A stretch of DNA of 64,000 nucleotides from Diadema antillarum (taxonomy: Eukaryota): assembly GCF_040938485.1 (NCBI RefSeq), contig NW_027270922.1, forward strand, positions 2,418,001 through 2,482,000, given 5' to 3'. Below the pieces are notes generated by a model, which made no database searches, had not been told where the DNA came from, and worked only from the letters and a program-made list of their open reading frames with translations. The position numbers and the translations under genes are program-made. Positions 38,827 through 51,660 of the stretch are shown here, piece by piece; within the stretch, counting starts at the first letter, position 1, and each line of letters opens with the position of its first letter.

Positions 38827-40424
38827 ATGGCCACTGACGCAAACATGGCAGGAGGTGACGGAAACGCACGAGTCATCATGTGGTGCGTTCCCCGTTCGGT
38901 ATCGACAGCAATGACAAAATGTATGAGCTTCGTTGACGGAGCCGAAATCTGGCTCGAGCCGTATGTCATTTCCAGGTTTGCCAGAGAACTATATAATTCC
39001 GATCCGCTTCCTCTTGAAATTGATGGTAACGAAGAGGTTTACCTGGATGCAGCGAAAAATTTGAATATGGGAGGTGACACACAGAACTTCAAACTCGATC
39101 TATTGTCGTAAGTCTTACGTTTTTGAAGCGTACCATGTCTGTATGGGTTTTATGACATTTGCTTCTGCGACAATTGCTCCCATGAAATATCTGCACGGTA
39201 AGCCAAACATAAATTCTATCCACAAACAAAACCTAAACCTAACCCTAATCTTCATATCAAACTATACCGAAACCCCTATCATAATCCTAATTCTAGCGCT
39301 AAGTCTTTAGAGATAATAAGACCGGAATAATTGTCGCAGGAGCAAATGACGACTCACCTTCTGAATGACAGTGCTTTCGTACCATTTGTTTATTAAACTC
39401 AGTAGAAATTAAAGAGAAAAAAACAAATTGAAAATAGGAATGAGGGCGAATACTCTCGACTTGATTATCCTCCTAGACTCAAACAATGTCAGTGTCTTGC
39501 AATACTTAAAGAGCTATGCCAAGTAAACTAGAACTCTTGATGTAAATTACAATTTTTACACTTTGAGTAGGTAATATGTATGTCAATTATAATGCGGTGA
39601 AATGTTATGAATCTTCACATTTCTTTTTAAATTCTATGTAGCTAACATCTAAAAAAAGCATTTCATCTTTTTAATCGTGTATGAGAAGTCAAAGGAGATA
39701 CGTAACTATAATCACTTCTCCCCTTATCCACAGACCTGTTAGACTAAAGCAAATATTCGACTCGATTCCTCAAACCACGAAATTTGTCTTCGTCAAAGAC
39801 ATGGCCTTCGGCATGCCACCGAGCCGATACAAGTACCTGCCTGATCCATCCAGTGGTTTTCGGCATTGCTTCCTCATACGACATCCTGTGAAGGCGTACA
39901 AATCCTTTCGGAAGACTTTGCTGAAATCAGTAGAAGGAGTGGATCCCAAGGATCTACCACAAGGTATGCCGAAACCAGACCCAGAAAACTTCAATGTTAT
40001 GGATTATGCACAGCCACCGGAGGAAGGAACGCTTTACTTTTTCAAGGAAATCCACGAATTGTGGAGCCACATTCGAGAAAACATCGATAACAACCCGGTC
40101 ATTGTCGATATCGATGAACTCATGGAGGATCCGGCAACCATACTTCCACCGCTCTTCCGCGCACTGGGTATCCCGTACTCCGAGGATTACGTAACTTGGG
40201 ACGCCTCATCCGATGTGGTCCTAAAGTGGCACAGTGTGTGTTCGAACGTCCTCGAGGCTCCGCGTTATAACCTGTGGTTTGCCAACGCCTTTAAGAGTAC
40301 TTGTTTCAAACCTTCCTCCACTTCCGCTTCTCTTGACGGGGCGACAAAAGATATCAAGGAGGTTGCCGAGAAGGAAATGCCGTACTACGAGGAAATGTAC
40401 AAGTTTAGAGTAACCCCTTCGTAA
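38827..40424 (+). CDS. Sulfotransferase-fold protein copy 5; exons 38827-39107 and 39734-40424, 323 aa
   Basis: Same motifs; GT-AG phase-2 intron, in frame (281+691 nt). Confidence 0.88.
39146..39358. mobile_element. MITE in the coding intron of copy 5, degenerate 9-bp TSD (Mutator-like)
   Basis: Flanks gtctgtatg (39137-39145) and ttctgaatg (39359-39367); the empty site gtctgtatg|gcagtg is present in copy 3. Confidence 0.7.
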
Positions 40425-40504
40425 ATTCGGGACACTAATTGAACTTCAGCTAGTGAACCTATATACTCATTGACTAGGTTTGGGTTGAAAATTTATTATA
40501 GTGA

Positions 40505-40653
40505 NNNNNNNNNNNNNNNNNNNNNNNNNNNNNNNNNNNNNNNNNNNNNNNNNNNNNNNNNNNNNNNNNNNNNNNNNNNNNNNNNNNNNNNNNNNNNNNN
40601 NNNNNNNNNNNNNNNNNNNNNNNNNNNNNNNNNNNNNNNNNNNNNNNNNNNNN
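40505..40653. other. Assembly gap (N run)
   Basis: Run of N. Confidence 0.99.
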
Positions 40654-43265
40654 CATATTATTGATATGAACTTAGAATATGATTTACGGGATTAGAATAG
40701 TAGTAACCTGTTGAATCTTTTTGTTTGTTAGACGTGAGATTCAGACATGTTTTAGCGTAGCCAGACTAAAATGATTTCAGATTAAAAATCACCAACATCA
40801 TTTTCGAATCCAGCATCACATGAATTTGTTGGTTTCTGGAGCAGAACAAAAGCTCTTTGAAAGGTTATTGTTATCTTTAGGCCTACTTGTCATATACTTA
40901 ATAGAAAGACGTATACTAGCCCTATAGTTAAAGGTATTGCTTACTATGCATTGGGAGCAATATGTGATTTGAAAAAAAAAAGTTTAAGTTATCACATTTT
41001 TATGCATACGTTTAGGTCAGTTGTATCACAAAACATCCTGCCATATAAAATTTTTACAATAAAGCCTGAACTATAATAAGATATCACTATTTTTGTCAAT
41101 AATTCATAACTGTAGACAGCTTAATCGTTCTAGAATCAATTTCATCGCAACTATATTGTTTATATAATTATCAAATACGTAACAATGACTATGCTGATAA
41201 ACAATTTTACAATGTTTGTTTCTATCTCTAACCCATATTCTAGAACTATTTTGAAGCACTAAAACTGGGTGTTTGTTTCAACTGCAAACGGTAAATAATG
41301 CTTTTAAGCGCAGACTCTTCCATTTTATCTGAATTCAATGAAATTCAGTTCGCGATTCATAAAAATCGTTATAAAATGCATTGGATACATAAAATTCATA
41401 GATTTGATACTGAACTATTTGAATACTGAAGTACCACAGGAGGCATTGCCGTTATAACTCCTGTTTGGATATAGACCAATAGCTTGCTCTTTAACTTTTG
41501 TATGGGCTGCATGGAATGAATGAGATTCATAGAGTTAATAATGTACGTCACATTGCTCAACTACTTGAGTACACTGAAGTACAAGAGGAGATATTGCTGC
41601 AATATCTTTTGTTAGAATGAGCCTGCTCTTTAGCTTAGGGATGAATGATGTGTTATGAGCCACATACTTAATAAGGTATGCTATCTGGTACACTTGTCAA
41701 TGGTGCATGTACTTTTTTTTTTTAATTGAATTAGGAATAAGTACATGTATAATGTTCTGTCATGTGACACAGAAGACCGTACTAAAATACAGGTTACGTA
41801 GATAGTCACGTATGTTTTGTCCAAATTGATACCGAAGAGTAAACATTTTGCATTATTTTTTGAATAAGTAATCCAATCACAAAACCGTAAGAAAAATAAT
41901 CAATACAACATGTGTCACATTTAATAATGGCTCCAGATATATCAAAAAAAGAATACCCCCTAAACAATATACCGTGGCAAATACCTAGTCAAAGTGAAAG
42001 ATATTTGACTGGCGCGCTTTCACTTTTGTCTCCCTATAGTAGCATCACATTGCAATGCCATTCAAATCGCGAACAGAATGACTCTTCATAAATAGTTTTA
42101 CTCACATTGAATAAATAAAATGATGATGGTTTCATGGAATTATTCAATGTTACGCGAATTTACCACCATGAGGTGACATCAGCCATGGTTTGACGCTGTA
42201 ACATTCCTTGCAAAATAATTGAAATTGAATTTCATTTGAGTTTGCCTCGTTTTATTTCTATGAAATAGGTACAAAATAGCTCTATGCATGAATACAAAAA
42301 TAAATTATATGAATACCGATACGAGTTGTCGCTTCCGTAACAAAACTGTCCCTTGTCACAAAACACGTAGGAAAATAGTGAATTGGCATAATACGTACAT
42401 TTATAACCACATAAAATCAAGGGAGAAAACACAACAGGGGACTGCCATCATATTCTAAGAAGATCTCTACTATGGTGGGCTCGATGTTTTACTAAATGTA
42501 CATTCAGTGAAGATGGGGCCATATCCTATTCAAACTAGTTATACATCCAAGGACAATTCCGTAGCTTGTTCATTTGAATCATAGATTTTTCCTGTCTGAT
42601 TTGTAAGCTCGCCAGTCGAGCTGATGTGCCAATCATTAAATTCAGGTTTTGACCAGACGTGATGGCTTTATTTCTGTGAAATGTATTTATTGATAACTCT
42701 CGGCTGTGTTCATTGGAATCAAATCTGAAATGTTTGTCAGATTCAGAAAAAAAAAGTAATCGGCGAAGCGGTCATTCAAAGTCCGCTTTTCGGTATTAAG
42801 TTTCTTTCTATGCACGTTTTGTTCGCAAAAGTTGCCCTAAGCAAGCAAAAAGATTGTCGGGAGCTAGCTCTACCCAGCAACAACTGAGTGAACTGAGTCG
42901 ATTTCTGCCTAAGGGGCTTAAGATGAAGGGACACGTAAATGAAAGGCCTCGTTACTAAGCTCTATGATCAGAAATATCCACGAACATGATGTGTGTTGTC
43001 ATACATTGCATAAACGGTGCATTTGTAAAGAAGATAATGTGATTACACAGAACGCAAGTGATACATGGATACGGAAGAGTATACCGGCTATTCAACGGGA
43101 TGCCTACGGGATGTGCAGCTGTGAAAATAATAATGTATCAAAAAAACAAACAACAAAACAAAACGGAAAATGTGAAAAAAAAACCCAACAGACGTCTAAG
43201 AGTAACGAGATCACAGCTAGCTACTAAATCATTTAGGAAAACATGACTTTCATTACTTGAATATA

Positions 43266-43507
43266 CACTCTTAAAACATCCGGTCAGAACTGACCCGGAA
43301 CTGGGTCCGTTGGGGTCACACACCGTTCCGGGTCAGAAATGACAAGGAATGGGGACAGATATGACCCATTCAGAGTCATGAATTGGGTCAGGGTGACCCC
43401 ATTCGGGGTCTTCATGACCAAATTCCAAGTCATTTTTGACCCGGAACGGCGTTTGACCCCAACGGACCCAGTTCCGGGTCAGTTCTGACTCGGATATTTT
43501 AAGAGTG
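43266..43507. mobile_element. Palindromic MITE, CACTC termini, TA target duplication (EnSpm/CACTA-like)
   Basis: TA|CACTCTTAAAA...TTTTAAGAGTG|TA with ~80-bp inverted arms. Confidence 0.8.
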
Positions 43508-44319
43508 TAATATTAGAATTTTACGAACGCAAGCAGTTTTTCCATTTCTAGAAATATGGTAACGTTTGAAAAGTCCTACATTATCAGAAGTATTCACAGG
43601 GATACCCATGCAGGTACAGCACACGAAATCAGTTAGAATGCCAGATGTATTACCAGCACATTACAATGAAGATGGAGAGGAAACAGACAATCTTTTCAAA
43701 AGTACTGATTTTTTTAAAGTTTAATGTTTATGTAAAGAAGATAATCCTTTGATATCCCATATACAAAATGTTTAGAGTAATATCATCCCTCCTGTTTTTC
43801 TGAAAGAGTCAAGCCAAGTGCTCTTTCATCATGCAAGAAAATGAAAATAATAAATGTGTTGAAGTAACCGCGTATAGGTTCATGACCCTGGGTGCTATAA
43901 AACGTGTGATCCCCTCTGAGTAAGAACAAACAAACAAGCAAACATACAAACAAAACAAATATCATGTGGTACTCTTTCTCCGAAGAGCGGTTGAACGTTC
44001 CAAATATGGCATGATATGGTGTCACATTGGCTGCTTTGGTTCGCTTTTGAGAGCTCGACGCGACCTGTGTCCGACTTTAATCCATCTCAGAAAACAAAGG
44101 ATGTAAAATTCCAAAGAATCGGAGATGATATCCTCAGTGGCTAAATGTGGTATGTAGAGTAAAAAAATGCGACATAGTCGCAAAAGATGTCAGGAACATT
44201 GTTAGACGATAATCCTAAGTGGAATAACTTGCATGGTCGAAGGATTTGGGGCAGCTGGAAGCTGTGCCCACCAAGGCAAAAAGTATCAATACCCACTGCC
44301 CAGGTTACAGACCTTGTAG

Positions 44320-44665
44320 AGTTGTGATTTGTCTCAGTCGATAACGCGTCTGTCTCCAAATCTAAGGACCAGGGTTCGATTCCCAGTTGTAACTGTGCGA
44401 TGTTGTGTGTGATAGTCTCATCAAGTAAGATGCCAAACACCCCAATATAAAATGGAGGTCCGATGTGAGCAACAGTCACAACTCATGTATAGGCCTACAT
44501 GAAAACATCCCGCTTCATTTATCGCATAGAGGAAGGTGTCTATAAACCGATGAAGTGGTCCCGCTTCATATCCAACTAGATCCCATGGAAGACCAGCTAG
44601 AACAGCTAAATATGGGCTGTCTAGCCATCTTCCTAGATGGAAAATGAAAAAAAAAATAGATAAAA
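44320..44665 (+). mobile_element. Diverged tRNA-derived SINE (same family as 27078-27400)
   Basis: B-box gggttcgattccc near 44372; 3' body gaagtggtcccgc...ccatggaagaccagctag; A-rich tail. Confidence 0.65.
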
Positions 44666-45029
44666 AATATCTAACCCCAGGAATCAAGGATCTGCAGTGA
44701 GCGGATATCATGATTCAAGTTGTTGAATAAAGTCCGGAAATTACTTTATTCAGAAACCCTGTGTTGTAGCAATTTAGGAACCCTTATAGAAAACAACAAG
44801 ATTTGCCATCCAGAATATGCTGTCATTATCTTGGCAAAAATGTACCCAGCCAATGGAGTTCATTGGGTAGAACAGTTTGACATCTACTCGTTAAATTGTT
44901 ACTGCCTATAATACGTAGAGTGGATATGCCCACCGGATATGCCCACCGGTGCTTTGTGGTCAGTTAAAAAGAATGATAGATATTACAGAATTTCGGACAA
45001 AGTTCAGGTAAACAGAGATCAAACTTTAT

Positions 45030-45340
45030 CAGCGGCGAAGCCAGGACATGGGGGGGGGGGGGGGTTAGGATGGGTCGTCCGTCTCCTACAGTTAAAACTT
45101 TTTGATAGAAATAGAAATATCTAATTTTCAAACCACTTTTCTTTCTTCTTCTTCTTTTTTTTTTGGCCAATTTGATTGCAGGGAGGAACAGTATTAAAAC
45201 ATTTTCATTTCCATATTAATTTCCTTTAATTAATGCTTGTACATTGTATCTCTTTGTTGAAAATAAAATAAAAGAAACGAAACGAAAGACCGAGAAAAGG
45301 AAAGGATTCATGCAAGGACATGTATGTGTGTATATTCCTC

Positions 45341-45384
<44 letters not shown>

Positions 45385-46150
45385 TTTCTTGTCAGAAACA
45401 TGCAATTGATATATAAGGTCCAATTAACGTAAAAATTAATATGAGCTCAAAATATTACAATCGTCTGGCGTCAATCCGTTTTCATAATTGTCATTCCAAA
45501 AAATGTACTAACTCTATACAGAGGACCAACTAATATCTCTCCCGTATCAATTTTGAGGGAGCTTTTGTACTGAAATTCAACGATCTGGCCAACACGTTTT
45601 AGTTGAATATTGAGAAAGTTTTCAATGAAGAACAGTAAGTCTGTGGAGGGAGACCAAGCAGCAGAAAGATGGCAGGAGGTAAACGCTGTTCCCCTCCCAC
45701 AAGAGGGAGATTATTTGTAATTCAATTCAATGATCTGGTGCATACATTTTGTGGAATATTTGGAAAATTGTCAATCTTCAGAGTGTAGCCTTATAGTGTA
45801 TAGATGGAGGGGGACGAGTATACAGGGGGACGCTGTGGGGAGGGCTATCAGCAAACCTTCCAATACGAGGGGTACGTGTGTACATACGAACGCACGCGTA
45901 ATACTCAGGATAGGCTTAACACGCGGGGTCTGCTAAACTTGTCACCGTAGTTTGATCACTTCTCACTTAATTTTATTTCATCCTGAAAATAAAAAAGAAT
46001 GAAAAATTCTAACAGGGAAAAAAAAAGGAGGAAAGGGTTTCAAATATCTCTGGGATTTCTTCTTGTATCTAAAGTTTATGGGATAATCTCACTTCTAAAT
46101 CCTGGGGGTTAGGGGCGAGCCCACCCCCCCCCCCCCCGGCTACGCCGGTG
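45030..46150. mobile_element. hAT-like MITE, degenerate 8-bp TSD, inserted inside the upstream module of copy 6
   Basis: TIR CAGCGGCGAAGCCAG / CCGGCTACGCCGGTG; flanks aactttat and aattctat (6/8 match). Confidence 0.65.
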
Positions 46151-46408
46151 AATTCTATTGTAAGCTTTGGAAAAACGACTTAACTATCACGCCATCACGA
46201 GACCGACCTACTTTACAAAGTTTGTAAAATCTCTTTGTGTCAACAAAAGAGAGGTTTAGATAGATAGATAATAGTGGCAAGATATCGAATACACACTGGC
46301 ATTTACAACACGACACGCATAAGATTTGAACTAAATTCGGGTTGCTAACACGAAAAACGTATCGAAGGGTATAGAGGGTCCGTTTTCAGCTAAATGCTAC
46401 GTGTATAG
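46151..46408 (+). promoter_or_regulatory. Diverged upstream module of copy 6, 3' part (donor GT at 46409; 5' part at ~44990-45029)
   Basis: ctatcacgcc...ctttacaaagtttgtaa...tgtgtcaacaa blocks shared with the other modules; ends TAG|GTAAGC. Confidence 0.55.
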
Positions 46409-46778
46409 GTAAGCACCAACTATTATATTACGCGTAAGACATTGCTACTGTTGACCTAGTACCGAACTGCTCTGCAAGTATAATGTTTGTACTTGTACAA
46501 AAAAAATTCAGAAATTTGTTTCCGATATTTCAAAGTCAAAACATTACATAACTAAATACTTAAAGCTCGCTTTTCAATGATAGATAACTATAATGGATGG
46601 ATCCGTCATTGCCTAATGCTATTGTACTTTGCCTTGAGAGTTTCTGTTTAAAACTTTGGGCAGAGGTGACGCCAAAATAATACTATTCACTGAAGGGCAC
46701 ACCCCCGAAGTAAAGAATATTTTTGGAGGCACCGAGGCTTAAAGTTGTGACGAGAATACCTTAAATGGAGTTTATACT

Positions 46779-46820
<42 letters not shown>

Positions 46821-47224
46821 ACAACAACATTATTATTCCTACCCTGAGAAATTATTAGTTTTGAGCCGATTTCTTACAAGTGAAGGATGGAGTGATGGTG
46901 ATGGGGTGTTAACTTTTTACTCTTATTCGTCCTCTATAAATTGACATTAATTACAGTTTCACATCATTTGTATAACAATAGAAATGTTAGGATATAACAC
47001 CCAATCACATCATTCAATCCTTTACTTGGGAGAAATCTGCTCAAAACTAAACATTTCCCAGGGGTATGACTAATGTTGTTGTTAACTGTATATATATATA
47101 TATATCTATATATATATTTCGGATCTGATACTTTAACAAAAGAAGAGAAAAGTGATAGGCGAGAAGTCGTGTGGTTGATGTGATGTTGCGGAGGGATCCT
47201 ACACTGACCGTACGCAGCAGCCAA

Positions 47225-47830
47225 CGATGTCAGTATTGCTTTTTTATGTCGCTTTTTTTTGTGCGAAATTGTAACAATTCACAGAGTGACGTTACGAAGC
47301 AGCACACAATGTCATCATTGCTTTGTTATGCCCCATTGTTTTTTTTCCGAAATTGTACATTTCATAGAGGGACGTTTCGGAGCAGTGCGCGATGTCAGAA
47401 GTGCTTTGTTATGTCACAATTGTTTTATTCGAAATTGTAATATTTCACCGAGTGACGTTACGAAGCAGTGCGCGATGTCAGCATTGCTTTGTTATGTCAC
47501 AATTGTTTTGTTCGAAATGGTAACATTTCACAGAGTGACGTTTTGAAGCAGCGCACGATGTCACCATTGCTTTATTATGTCACAGTTGTTTTGTTCGAAA
47601 TTGTAACATTTCACAGAATGACGTTACGAAGCAGCGCACGATGTCAGCATTGCTTTGTTATGTCACAATTGTTGTGTTCGAAATGGTAACATTTCGCAGA
47701 CTGACGTTACAAACCAGTGCGCGATGTCAGAAGTGATATGTGACGTCATAGCTTTTTGTTAGAAATTGTTATACTATTTTCACAGAGCGATGGTATACGA
47801 AGCAGCGCACGATGTCTCGCTTTGTGATGT
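47225..47830. repeat. Tandem array of ~83-bp units (~7 copies)
   Basis: Unit starts at 47264, 47348, 47430, 47513, 47596, 47679, 47761. Confidence 0.9.
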
Positions 47831-48089
47831 CACGATCGCTTTATGACATCGTTTTTTTTATAGTACAGTGTATTATACTCTTTACAAAATATCGTCATAA
47901 AGTGACGAGATTTTGCAAATGGTGTGCCATGGAGTGACAAACATGCCAACATTCTGACATACCATGATCAGGTGAAGCTCTCTCAACAAAATCAGTCTTT
48001 AAAAAATTATATTGATTTGAGCAACGTTATCGATGAAATATGTGTATCTGCTTTCCATAACCCGTTAGCCATCCTCTAGGAGAAATAAA

Positions 48090-49422
48090 ATGGCCACTGA
48101 CGCAGAAGCTGCATACGACGAACCAGCACGGGTTATCATGTGGTGCTCTCCCCGGTCGGTGTCGACAGGAATGACAAAATGCTTGAGTTTTGTTGACGGG
48201 GCAGAAGTCTGGCTGGAGCCGTACGTTATTTCCAGGATTGCCAGAGAAATTTGTGAAGAATATCTTTCCGTCCCGCTTCCTGCTGATATTGATGGTAACG
48301 AGGAGATCTACGTTGAAACAGCAAAGAACTTAAATTTGGGTGTTGACACAAAGTCCTTCAAGCTCGACCTGCTGTCGTAAGTGTCTTGTTTACAAACAAA
48401 TCATTACCGTATGATAGTAGGTGTATGTCCTACTTGTCTCAGAATTGTGTAGAGCCTAATGTACATTATGAAAATTTTTTGAAAGTACAAATATAGGAAT
48501 GGGAAAAATGTTTTGTATTACAACTTGGTCCGCTTATGCTAAAACAATCTCAAATGTTTGCACAACTTACACGACTTTACAAATACACTCAAAGAAAATG
48601 ATTGTTACATTCTTTGTACCCCAAATCTGAAGTGTATTACTTCATAATGATATTAGAAATTCAAAGCGTACACAAAAATATATAGAAACTAGAAAACTCA
48701 TCAATCATTATCTCTATCCCCATATCCATAGACCTGCTAAACTGAAGCAAATATTCGACTCGATTCCTCCAACCAAGAAATTTGTCTTCATCAAAGACAT
48801 GGCCTTCGGCATGCCACCAAGCCGATACAAGTACCTGCCTGATCCATCCAGTGGTTTTCGACATTGCTTCCTCATACGACATCCTGTGAAGACGTACAAA
48901 TCTTTTAGGAAAACACTGCTGAAAACAGTAGAGGGATCAGATCCCGATCAAGTACTATGGAATATGACGAAACCGGACCCAGAAACCTTCAATGTTATGA
49001 ATTATGCACCGGCGCCCGAGGAAGGAACGCTTTACTTTTTCAAGGCAATCCACGAATTATGGTGCCACATTCGAGAAAACGTCGATGACAACCCGGTCAT
49101 TGTCGACATCGATGAACTCGTGGATGATCCGGCAACATTACTTCCACTGCTCTTCCGGGCACTGGGTATTCCGTACTCAGAGGATTACGTAACTTGGGAC
49201 GCCTCATCCGATGTGGTCCGTACGTGGCAGAATGTCTGTTCAAATGTACTTGAGGCTCCACGCTATAATGTGTGGTTTGCCAATGCCTTTAAGAGTACTT
49301 GTTTCAAACCTTCTCCCACTTCCGCTTCTCTTGACGGGGCGACAAAGGATATCAGGGAGGTTGCCGAGAAAGAAATGCCGTACTACGAGGAAATGTACAA
49401 GTTTAGAATAACCCCTTCGTAA
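48090..49422 (+). CDS. Sulfotransferase-fold protein copy 6 (most diverged complete copy); exons 48090-48376 and 48732-49422, 325 aa
   Basis: WCSPRSVSTG, FLIRHPVKTYKS; intron GTAAG...CATAG, in frame (287+691 nt). Confidence 0.87.
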
Positions 49423-50281
49423 ATTCTAAAGACACTAGTTTATTCTTTATAAATACCTCAGGTAGAGAACCCACTTATTGATTTAGGTTTACTTTTAAAA
49501 TATGGTTACCCTCGGGTATACAAGTTTATCCACTTGTCACACAATTACGTAATCACGCAAAGTGATTTAACGGGAATAGCTCGTCTCTTTTCTTTCCTAG
49601 ACATGAGTTCTTAACATTAAATTTTGAAAGCCGTCCAGAAGTAAATTGACTTGGTGTTATACTGAGGTAATTACATTTCAGTGCGACCATAAGTAAAATG
49701 TGTCAGATCTTATACGCGTTACTGCTACGAAAGCAAAACATACACAAGTCAGTGTAGTGAATTTAAAATCAATACTTCTATTCGTCAGTGTACCATGGCA
49801 AGAAAGTATTGATTCCTCAGCAAATCAATAATTCTTCTTCAAAATTTTATCAGAAACAAAATGTTTCTGCTTGCAGTTTGGCAAATATTGAAAATATTCT
49901 TCCTTTTTTTCAGCGAACCCCCCCCCCCCCCCAACAAAAAAGCATAAAAGACCCCAAGTCATGAAGTACATTTTCTGCAAAGATATGCTAGCGAAAGGAT
50001 AAGAAATTGAATTCCAAATGTTTTTGATAGAATATTTTGTGGTATGGAAGTATGGTCCTTCATTGTTTAATAGTTGAGGATCGAATTTAACAACTACAAA
50101 TGAAATGGATATGTCTTGTCGCGAAGAGGAAAGCTTTCGATACATATATCAAATTTAACCCACGTATACTAGATTGTTCGTTCTGAAATGACAAGTAGTT
50201 GCGATATTTACACCTACAGATGATTAAGTCCATGTAAACTATTGAAGTAGTTTGTTATAATATTATGATTCATGAATCTAA

Positions 50282-50686
50282 TGCCCCAGTCACATATAAA
50301 CACGGATGCTCAAGGATCTACACGGTGAATCGGGGAAATCCGGGGACGTCCGGGGAGATTCGGGGAGATCCGGGATTTTGGTATGACTGTACACACGGTA
50401 TCAACACAGCAGCTACACGGATAAGGCCGGAAGAGCGCTGCGTCTACACGGACAAACACGGCATCTACACAGATCAACACGGCAGCTACACGGATCAACA
50501 CGGCATCTACACGGCAGCCACACGGACCACCCGGATTGCTCTGCCAACACGGCAATTCCCGGATGACGCCGGATGTTTTGACATCCAAAAGTTGCCGTGT
50601 TGGCCTCCCGGTGTCAACACGGATTTCTCCCCGGATCAGATCCGGGTTGGTCCGGGGTGATCCGGGATGTCTATGTGACTGGGGCA
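50282..50686. mobile_element. PIF/Harbinger-like MITE with TAA target duplication
   Basis: TAA|TGCCCCAGTCACAT...ATGTGACTGGGGCA|TAA; internal CACGG repeats. Confidence 0.8.
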
Positions 50687-51529
50687 TAACGTTTTGTAAG
50701 AAATTCAACATTATCGATGGAGGTGTTGTCAGCAAAGAGAATATGATTGACAAGGTTGAGGAATGTTGGTGATTTTATGATTCATATCATTAACTGTTGA
50801 ATAGCAACGGCTCCTAGATAGAAATTTAAAGTATCCCACATTATCATGATATGGTGATAAGGATCCTTTTTATAATGAAATATCTGGATGAGTATTACCC
50901 TTTTTATTTCAACTTAAAGACCATACCTACTGTTCACTTAGCTTAAGTTTGATAATGCCTGGTAATCATAACCTGATGATATGGATCCTAATCAAATGAT
51001 GGTGTAGTGTAAAAAGTTTGTTTGTTTGTTTTTAAAATCCAGTTTCTCGGTTTTTATGGTTACGGATGTAGCCACGAAGCCGGAGCAGATCTTCTTTCTC
51101 CATAGCTTGGAATCGATCAAAATGATAATGACAATGTCATCAAAGTCTCTCTTTATTCTTCATTTTGATTTCTCACTAGCTTAGGGTTAAGACAAATTCA
51201 GAAAAAAACAGATGAATTACTCTACAGTTGTTTTTATCTTATAGTCCTTAGTCGGAGGAATAGGTTTCCGTTACTGTCGTTGACAGGAACATGATATTCA
51301 CGATTGAAGGTTAAAGTTCGTGTGTGTGTGTGTGTGTGTTGTGTGTGTGTGTGTGCGTGCGTTTAAGTGCGTACAAATCTACATTCCTAATCCAAGGGAG
51401 AGTTGTACGGAAACGATATCATTCGCAAAGAAAAGATCACTTCAAGCATGCGCGATACAAATTTCCGAAGAAAGGTTTAAAAATAGTGCCCATGTATAAA
51501 TTGGTACTAAAAATTTTAGAGCTGGTACG

Positions 51530-51660
51530 AGCTCACATGCCTTTAGGCACGACAAATGCACAATTAGATTCTTTCAAGAAGGCACTGAAAACTTATCTGT
51601 TTAAGTACTGATGATTGTATATGTTATGTCAAGCGCACGGAGAATTTTGTTGTGAATTAT
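51530..51660 (+). mobile_element. Short LINE 3'-end remnant
   Basis: LDSFKKALKTYLFKY* is typical of CR1/L2-group ORF2 C-termini. Confidence 0.45.

Noticed and set aside
47225-47830. CRISPR-like array
   Set aside because: Whole units are homologous with no unique spacers, no cas genes, and the context is eukaryotic.
13109-49422. Branched-chain amino-acid aminotransferase as the product
   Set aside because: Only the sulfotransferase-like domain found in BCAT-like proteins is present; no PLP-dependent aminotransferase domain is encoded.
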